A stretch of 64,000 nt of DNA from Patescibacteria group bacterium (GTDB lineage Bacteria > Patescibacteriota > Patescibacteriia > SG8-24). Where the stretch lies: assembly GCA_041667185.1 (NCBI GenBank), contig JBAYFM010000007.1, positions 4,296-68,295 on the forward strand, read 5' to 3'. Shown here in pieces: positions 57,222 to 64,000 of this stretch (within the stretch, counting starts at the first letter, position 1; each line of letters starts with the position of its first letter). A model generated the notes under the pieces. That model was not told where the DNA came from, made no database searches, and worked only from the letters and a program-made list of their open reading frames with translations. The translations under genes were made by a program, and so were the position numbers.

Positions 57222-57957
57222 ACGCTCCGGATCCGCTGCTGGCTGCAAGATCGCCGACTCCGTCGGTGCTTTGCTGAAGAAAGCGCGGACCGATCTTGGC
57301 TGTTCCCGGCGCGAAGCCGCGACGCGGATGAAGATCCCCGAGCGCTATATCGCGTTCTTCGAGGACGGCGCTTACGACAAGATGCCGGAGGACATCTATT
57401 CGAAGATCTACCTGAAAGTTTATTGTAAGTTCCTCGGACTCGACTCGCCGACGATGGTGAACCTCTATCGTCAGGAACGCTCGCGCTACGTCGCGGGACA
57501 GAAAAGCGTCGCCGAACCCGCGACCCGGCATCCGGCCCGGGCCGTGCCGGCCAGCGCGCTCGTCACGACGCCGCATCTTTTGCGCAATATCTTCCTGGGC
57601 TTGCTCGCCGCCAGCCTGCTCGTTTATCTCGGCTGGGCCGTCCAGAATATCGTCGCCGCGCCGGCCATCAGCCTGTCTTCGCCGACGGAAGGACTCATGA
57701 CCTCGGACTCCGAAATCTGGGTCGAGGGCCGCACTGAACGCGAGATCACGCTGCGCATCAACGGCAAATACGTCGCCCCGGATGACAACGGCAATTTCCG
57801 CGACAAGCTGACGCTCCAGGATGGCTGGAACGAGATCCGCGTCGTCGGCGCCAAGAAACACAGCAAGGAAGCGGTGATCACGCGGCGCGTCTTCGTCAGC
57901 ACGCCGGCCGAAGCGCTGGTCCAACCGACCGAGCAACTCACGGCCGATCTGCGCTGA
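57193..57957 (+). CDS. RodZ-like HTH protein with TM helix and Ig-like C-terminal domain
   Basis: VGALLKKAR..YIAFFEDG..YLKVYCKFLGLD, TM helix, beta-rich tail; follows ftsK. Confidence 0.8.
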   Translation: MKTTKANNPERSGSAAGCKIADSVGALLKKARTDLGCSRREAATRMKIPERYIAFFEDGAYDKMPEDIYSKIYLKVYCKFLGLDSPTMVNLYRQERSRYVAGQKSVAEPATRHPARAVPASALVTTPHLLRNIFLGLLAASLLVYLGWAVQNIVAAPAISLSSPTEGLMTSDSEIWVEGRTEREITLRINGKYVAPDDNGNFRDKLTLQDGWNEIRVVGAKKHSKEAVITRRVFVSTPAEALVQPTEQLTADLR

Positions 57958-58110
57958 GACCGCGGATACATAGATATAGAGAGTGCGGGAGTGAAGGAGT
58001 GCGGGAGCGCAGAACATCTGACCCCAGGTCAGATTTTTTCATTGTTGACACCACGTCCGTGCCGAGTAAGATGAGGATACTTCGCCCTTTCTTTGACCAG
58101 AGGAGAAAAA

Positions 58111-58287
58111 ATGGCGCGCAAAACCAACGAAACGTACACTGTGAAAGCCGCTTCACCACTGCTCCGTCCAGGCCTGACGATCTCCACTAAAGTCAGCAAA
58201 CAGTATCTCGTGCCGACCCTGATTGAACTTTTGGACAAAATCCGGGAGTTCAATCTATCGCAGGACCCGAAAGAGGGTCAGAAATAG
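58111..58287 (+). CDS. Small hypothetical protein (58 aa)
   Basis: TTGACA..TAAGAT promoter, TTCTTTGACCA, AGGAG SD, terminator 58304-58329. Confidence 0.65.
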   Translation: MARKTNETYTVKAASPLLRPGLTISTKVSKQYLVPTLIELLDKIREFNLSQDPKEGQK

Positions 58288-58408
58288 GACGGTCCGACCA
58301 GCTGCCCGGCTTAAATAGCCGGGTTTTTTAATGGGCAAATATTTATTTTTTATGGTCGCTGACGGCTATTGGCCATTAGCTATCAACCAATTATCCACAC
58401 CCTCCCCC

Positions 58409-58437
58409 TTGCCTACCGAACAAAAACCGAACATAAT
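58409..58437 (+). promoter_or_regulatory. recA promoter with putative LexA operator CCGAA-N6-CCGAA; DnaA-box match at 58391
   Basis: TTGCCT-N17-CATAAT with the direct repeat 58416-58431 filling the spacer; TTATCCACA at 58391-58399. Confidence 0.6.
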
Positions 58438-58608
58438 TAGATTAGGTGCTAGTTGCTAGGTTTTAGGGGAGCGAACCAGCTCCCTCAACCTAGAACCTAC
58501 AAACTAAAACCTACAACCTAAAAACTTGACTCATTCCGTGTTAATATCTATCTTGTCCCCGTTAATTTATCCGTCCCGAACCCACGCCCGGGACCGAATT
58601 GACCATTT

Positions 58609-59703
<1,095 letters not shown>

Positions 59704-59759
59704 CCCGAACGATCCCCGGACGCAAAAGAAGGCCGCCAATGCGGCCTTCTTTTATATAT

Positions 59760-59798
59760 CTGGATCCCGGCTCGCGCTGCGCTCGGCCGGGATGACAG
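59760..59798. repeat. REP-like palindrome CTGGATCCCGGC...GCCGGGATGACA; related element at 61718-61795
   Basis: Intergenic hairpin with the typical GGATCCC...GGGATGAC frame. Confidence 0.55.
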
Positions 59799-59990
59799 TA
59801 TCTAAAAATGGGCGCTTACGCGCCCACTGATAATTCGGTGTGTCACTTCGCGCGCTCTTACCCGTCAGGCGAGCGGAACAGCCAGCCTCTTTAAATGTGC
59901 AGATCAAAAACGCCTCCGGCTTGCGCCGAGGCGTCTTGCATGTCCTACTACCGCCTGACTGGGTCTCGCGCGCCTAATGAACCGGCTGTT

Positions 59991-60554
59991 TTATTTGGCA
60001 CGCTCGACGTACTCACCGTTCTCGGTGTTCACGACCACGAACTCGTCCTGCTGGACGAACAGCGGCACCTGAATCTTCATCCCGGTCTCCAGCGTCGCTT
60101 CCTTGGTCACGCGGCCGGAAGCCGTATCGCCTTTGACGGCCGGCATGGACTCGACCACTTTGAAAGTCAGTTTCTTCGGCAGATCAACGGACAGCGGCAG
60201 ACCCTGATAAAGCAGGACGCTGACCTCCTGCCCCTCTTTCAGATACTGCCCTTTCTCGGACAGAAGCTCGGCCGAGATTGCCTGCTGTTCGAAACTGGCG
60301 TTGTCCATGAAATAATAATTGTTGGCGTCCTTGTACAGATACTGCATCGTCGCCCGGTCGAGCTCGACGACCTCCACGGATTCGCTGACCTTGAAGGTGT
60401 TCTCCATCGTCTTGCCGGTCTGCACGTTCTTCAGTTTGGCGCGCACGAAAGCACTGCCCTTGCCGGGGTTGACGTGCTGGGCGTCGGTGACGACGTGCAC
60501 GGCGTCCTTGAACATGATGAAAGTCTCCTTCTTGAGCGCTGTAGTGTCAGCCAT
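59991..60554 (-). CDS. efp: Elongation factor P
   Basis: HVNPGKGSAFVR, QYLYKD, KGDTA, LETG..VPLFV. Confidence 0.97.
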   Translation of the reverse strand: MADTTALKKETFIMFKDAVHVVTDAQHVNPGKGSAFVRAKLKNVQTGKTMENTFKVSESVEVVELDRATMQYLYKDANNYYFMDNASFEQQAISAELLSEKGQYLKEGQEVSVLLYQGLPLSVDLPKKLTFKVVESMPAVKGDTASGRVTKEATLETGMKIQVPLFVQQDEFVVVNTENGEYVERAK

Positions 60555-60605
60555 AGTGGCGTTGAGCTAGTGGCCATGAGCTGGTCGCTGACGGCCGTAT
60601 TTTTG

Positions 60606-61676
60606 CTAATTTCCGAACAGGTCGGAGGCGGGAAAAAAGAGGACGTCTCGGATATCCTTGGCGTCCGTGAGCAACATTACCAGACGATCAAGGCCAAAAG
60701 CAATACCCGCGCTGGGCGGCATCCGCCCGACCGCCTCCAGGAACTGTTCATCGAGCTCCAGGACCGGCTTGCCGAGCTGGCGCCGCAATTCCTGCTCTTC
60801 GACCAGGCGTTGCCGCTGTTCAGCGGCGTCATTCAATTCCGAAAAGGCGTTACCGAGCTCGATGCCGAGGCAGTAAGCCTCGAAACGCTCGGCGTAGCGT
60901 CCATCGCCGGGTTTCAGGCGGGCCAGCGCGGCCATGGAACGCGGATAGTCGTATAGGATGACCGGTTTGGCTGTCGCGCCGGGCGTCTCCGGCTGCCCCA
61001 GTTTCGGTTCGATGTCCCGCAAAAACAATTTGAAGAAAACATCATCGAACGTATCGGTCCCGTCGATGGTGCAGCCGCGACCGGCGACTTCGCTCCGGAA
61101 CCACTCCGGATCATCAATGCCTCGCCCCAGATCCAGGGAACAATAATGGTCAAAAGCCTCGGCTACGGAAAGCCTGGTCCAGGCCGGAGCCAGCTCCACG
61201 ACCTGTCCCTGATAGTTCAACGCGGTCTGACCGACGACCTTGAGCGCCGCCTCGGCGACCAATTCCTCGGTGTCGCGCATGAGCGCGCGGTAATCGTCAT
61301 GAGCGCGATACCACTCGATCAGGCTGAACTCGGGATTGTGCGTGCCACCCCAGGGTTCGCCGTTCCGGAACGACCGGGTGATCTCGAAGATCTTCGGCAG
61401 GCCGGCCGCGAGCAATTTCTTGAGCGAGTACTCCGGCGACGTGATCAGATAACCGGCCCGCGTACCGCCGCGCTCGTCGGCGAGTCCGGTCGCGAACGGT
61501 TCCAGGTGCGGCTCCATGCCGGGATGCGCCACCAGGATCGGCGTCTCGACCTCGAGAAAACCGCGGCTGGCGAAAAAATCACGCACCGCTTTCATGATGG
61601 CGGAACGCTGAAGCATCCGACCGCGGTAAACCGCGTCCGAGCCGAGACGCCGCCAGTTTGGAGTTGAGGTGGTCAT
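60606..61676 (-). CDS. epmA: EF-P lysine aminoacylase EpmA (GenX/PoxA)
   Basis: LysRS2 catalytic domain without anticodon domain: FLEVETP, TSPEY, FRNGE, HNPEF, ELGNAFSEL, GIAFGLDRL; adjacent to efp. Confidence 0.92.
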   Translation of the reverse strand: MTTSTPNWRRLGSDAVYRGRMLQRSAIMKAVRDFFASRGFLEVETPILVAHPGMEPHLEPFATGLADERGGTRAGYLITSPEYSLKKLLAAGLPKIFEITRSFRNGEPWGGTHNPEFSLIEWYRAHDDYRALMRDTEELVAEAALKVVGQTALNYQGQVVELAPAWTRLSVAEAFDHYCSLDLGRGIDDPEWFRSEVAGRGCTIDGTDTFDDVFFKLFLRDIEPKLGQPETPGATAKPVILYDYPRSMAALARLKPGDGRYAERFEAYCLGIELGNAFSELNDAAEQRQRLVEEQELRRQLGKPVLELDEQFLEAVGRMPPSAGIAFGLDRLVMLLTDAKDIRDVLFFPASDLFGN

Positions 61677-61810
61677 GGTTCTCCACAAAACCCCGTCCGA
61701 TTGGACGGGGTTTTAGGGTCATTGCGAGGCCGAAGGCCGAAGCAATCCCGTCGGTTGCCAGGCGGAGATCCCTCAGGCCTAAGCCCTCGGGATGATCCGC
61801 CCCGGACGGA

Positions 61811-62053
61811 TCATTTAACCAGGAACGGGATCAGCGCCATCTGCCGCGCCCGCTTGATCGCCTGGGCGAGCATGCGCTGATGCTTGGCGCAGACGCCGCT
61901 GCGGCGGCGCGGCACGATCTTGCCGTAAGACGACAGGAACCGCTTCATGCCGTTGATATTCTTGTAGTCGATGGCCATGACGCCGTGAATGCAGAACACG
62001 CAATGGCGCTGCTGGTTCATCAGGCCGGACTTCTTTTGATTCGATCTCATCAT
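61811..62053 (-). CDS. rpsR: 30S ribosomal protein S18 (Zn-motif form)
   Basis: CVFC..IDYKN..GKIVPRRRSGVCAKHQR. Confidence 0.96.
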   Translation of the reverse strand: MMRSNQKKSGLMNQQRHCVFCIHGVMAIDYKNINGMKRFLSSYGKIVPRRRSGVCAKHQRMLAQAIKRARQMALIPFLVK

Positions 62054-62059
62054 AAGGGT

Positions 62060-62494
62060 CTAAAAGGGAATGTCTTCAACCTTGATCTCGTCGTCTCCGC
62101 CGGTCTGCACTGCCGCGGCCGGAACCTTCTCCTGGCGGGGAGCCGCCGAGGTCTGGCCGTTGCCGCGATCCAACATGATGACATTGTCAGCCACGATCTC
62201 CGTCCGGTTGCGCTTCTGGCCGTCCTGGCCGGTCCACTCGCGGGTCTGCAAACGACCCTCGACGTAAACCTTGCGCCCCTTGGTGAGATATTGCCCGCAG
62301 ATCTCCGCGAGCTTGCTCCAGGCGACGATGTTGTGGAATTCCGCCTTCTCCTGGCGCTGGCCGGACGCGTCGGTCCAGGAATGATTCGTAGCCACGCCGA
62401 AAGAAGCGACGTTCTGGCCGTTGGTGGTGGTCCTGATTTCGGGGTCCCTGGTCAGATTGCCGATGATCATGGCCCGATTGAGATTCATGCTCAT
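62060..62494 (-). CDS. ssb: Single-stranded DNA-binding protein
   Basis: NRAMIIGNLTRDPE, VEGRLQTR, C-terminal EDIPF. Confidence 0.97.
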   Translation of the reverse strand: MSMNLNRAMIIGNLTRDPEIRTTTNGQNVASFGVATNHSWTDASGQRQEKAEFHNIVAWSKLAEICGQYLTKGRKVYVEGRLQTREWTGQDGQKRNRTEIVADNVIMLDRGNGQTSAAPRQEKVPAAAVQTGGDDEIKVEDIPF

Positions 62495-62571
62495 ATTTGG
62501 GTGAGTTCATCCGGCGCGCGGCGCGGCGATCGTGGGGGTCGCCTGGTCCGCTGGTCGGCTGGTTAGCCCGT

Positions 62572-63042
62572 TTAGAGGATGTCGTCGGTCAGGATCTGCT
62601 CCAGTTTCTTATCCAGTTCGGCGATGCTCATCTTGTCCTTGGCCGGCTGTTGCTGCTGGATGGTGGCGGGCTGGGACGCAACCTGGCCCTGTGGCCGCCC
62701 TTCGTAGCGCTCATGCCGCGGTTCTTCCTCGATGAGCGACGGGATCTTGGTGATATGCGGATCGCGGACTATGATCAAGTGGCGCAAGATGTCGGTCGAC
62801 ATGCGCAAAAGCTCGTTGAGTTTGATCGTCACCGCCGGTTCGGCTTCGTAGAAGAACAGGACGTAATTCCCGTTGCGGGCGTTCTTGATCGGATACGCGA
62901 GCTTGCGCCGACCGAGATCGTGAGTCTCCTTGATCGTGCCTCCAGCCGAGGTCACGATGCCAGCCACCTTGTCGGAAAGCTGCTTCAGCTCCTCCTCGGT
63001 GTACTTTGCCGGGATGATGAATAAAAGTTCGTACTGCTCCAT
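62572..63042 (-). CDS. rpsF: 30S ribosomal protein S6
   Basis: YELLFII, LGRRKLAYPIK, ILRHLI; rpsF-ssb-rpsR order. Confidence 0.96.
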   Translation of the reverse strand: MEQYELLFIIPAKYTEEELKQLSDKVAGIVTSAGGTIKETHDLGRRKLAYPIKNARNGNYVLFFYEAEPAVTIKLNELLRMSTDILRHLIIVRDPHITKIPSLIEEEPRHERYEGRPQGQVASQPATIQQQQPAKDKMSIAELDKKLEQILTDDIL

Positions 63043-63307
63043 AATCTTTGGCCCTACTCGCGCGGTTTTGGACCGCTCATTCGCGGTTCCTGCCGTCGCG
63101 GATCAGTCAGACTTGACAGACCTTGGAAATAAGGCTTAACTGCGCCTTAATCAGCGCGTTGGCCTAGATTAACACAGATATCCCCAAGATGGCAAGACGG
63201 GACGAAGTTGCGGAGTCATGGAGTTACGGAGATGCGAAGTCAGAACTATTATATTCTCCCTGACTCCGTCTCTTTCTTACTCCCCTACTCCCTGCTAAGA
63301 TGCTCAC

Positions 63308-64000
63308 ATGCGCTACTTCTTCATATTAGGACTGCACCCCGCGCTCTCGTTCGCCGAGATCTCGGCCGTGCTCGCGGACAACAGATTCGAGATCAAAGAC
63401 CTCCTGGAGGCCGCGATTGTGATTGAGACCGAAAAAGAACTCGACCTGCCGGCGCTCATGAGACGGCTGGGCGGCACGATCAAAGCCGGCCGCATCATCG
63501 ACGGACCAGCCAAACTCACGGACGACGAGGTTCTCGCCAAAGCCGCCGACCACCTGCTCACCGCGCACGGCGATGATTCGCGCCCAGTCTTCGGTTTCAG
63601 CGCCTACACCGCTTTAGGCGTCGAAGGCGTACGCAGTCTGGCGAAGAAGATCATCGTCCGCGGCATGGAGACCAAAAAAATTCTCCGGGAGCAGGACCGC
63701 GCTTCGCGCTGGGTGCGTCCGCAGACCGGACTCACACTGAGCTCGGTCGTCGTGACCAAGAACAAACTCATCGAAGAGGGAGCCGAGTTTGTGGTCCTGA
63801 TCGACCGCAACAGCCTCGTGAGCCTCGCAGTCACCGAAGCCGTCCAACCTTTCGAAGAATTCTCCCGCGCCGATTACGGCCGTCCGGCCCGCGATACCCA
63901 TCAGGGCATGCTACCGCCGAAACTCGCCCGCATGATGATCAACCTGGCCGGCGTCGGCACAGATGCCGTCATCATCGATCCATTCTGCGGCTCGGGAACC
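63308..64000 (+). CDS. TRM11-like SAM-dependent (RNA) methyltransferase, 3' truncated by window
   Basis: Hand translation: MRYFFILGLHPALSFAEI ... DYGRPARD..GMLPPKLARMMINLA..IIDPFCGSGT (absent from the ORF track). Confidence 0.8.
   Translation, partial: MRYFFILGLHPALSFAEISAVLADNRFEIKDLLEAAIVIETEKELDLPALMRRLGGTIKAGRIIDGPAKLTDDEVLAKAADHLLTAHGDDSRPVFGFSAYTALGVEGVRSLAKKIIVRGMETKKILREQDRASRWVRPQTGLTLSSVVVTKNKLIEEGAEFVVLIDRNSLVSLAVTEAVQPFEEFSRADYGRPARDTHQGMLPPKLARMMINLAGVGTDAVIIDPFCGSGT

Noticed and set aside
59848-59975. Long-range stem between recA and efp as an ncRNA
   Set aside because: Encloses a probable efp terminator, has no promoter evidence and is a single instance

Overview
A GC-rich bacterial chromosome segment, most likely Patescibacteria/CPR. 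This is inferred from 16S primer-site variants, a 16S gene unlinked from 23S, and gene content. Core genes: clpP, nrnA-like DHH, a short smc, rpsP, khpA, trmD, ruvC, yebC, rpoBC, ftsK, a RodZ-like protein, recA, efp, epmA and rpsF-ssb-rpsR. There is also a stand-alone 16S rRNA and four tRNAs (Ile, Phe, Pro, Gly). Accessory genes: three large PAS/GAF histidine kinases, three tandem sigma70 paralogues, a pncA / nadD-nadK / pncB NAD salvage cluster, and orphan ORFs. Main observations: (1) Two gene-expression grammars. Core genes lack a Shine-Dalgarno (SD) and start at T-ATG, while accessory genes carry a sigma70 promoter, a boxA-like motif like that of the rRNA leader, and a strong SD. (2) A tRNA-Gly-derived complex with a CCA-ending structured RNA and a tRNA copy split by structured inserts. 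(3) A non-canonical tRNA-like RNA, a compact 6S-like RNA and a ~240-nt structured RNA candidate. (4) A triplicated sigma cassette with diverged recognition helices. (5) A His-less kinase paralogue and an apparently hingeless SMC. All calls were made by eye; no searches or folding programs were run.
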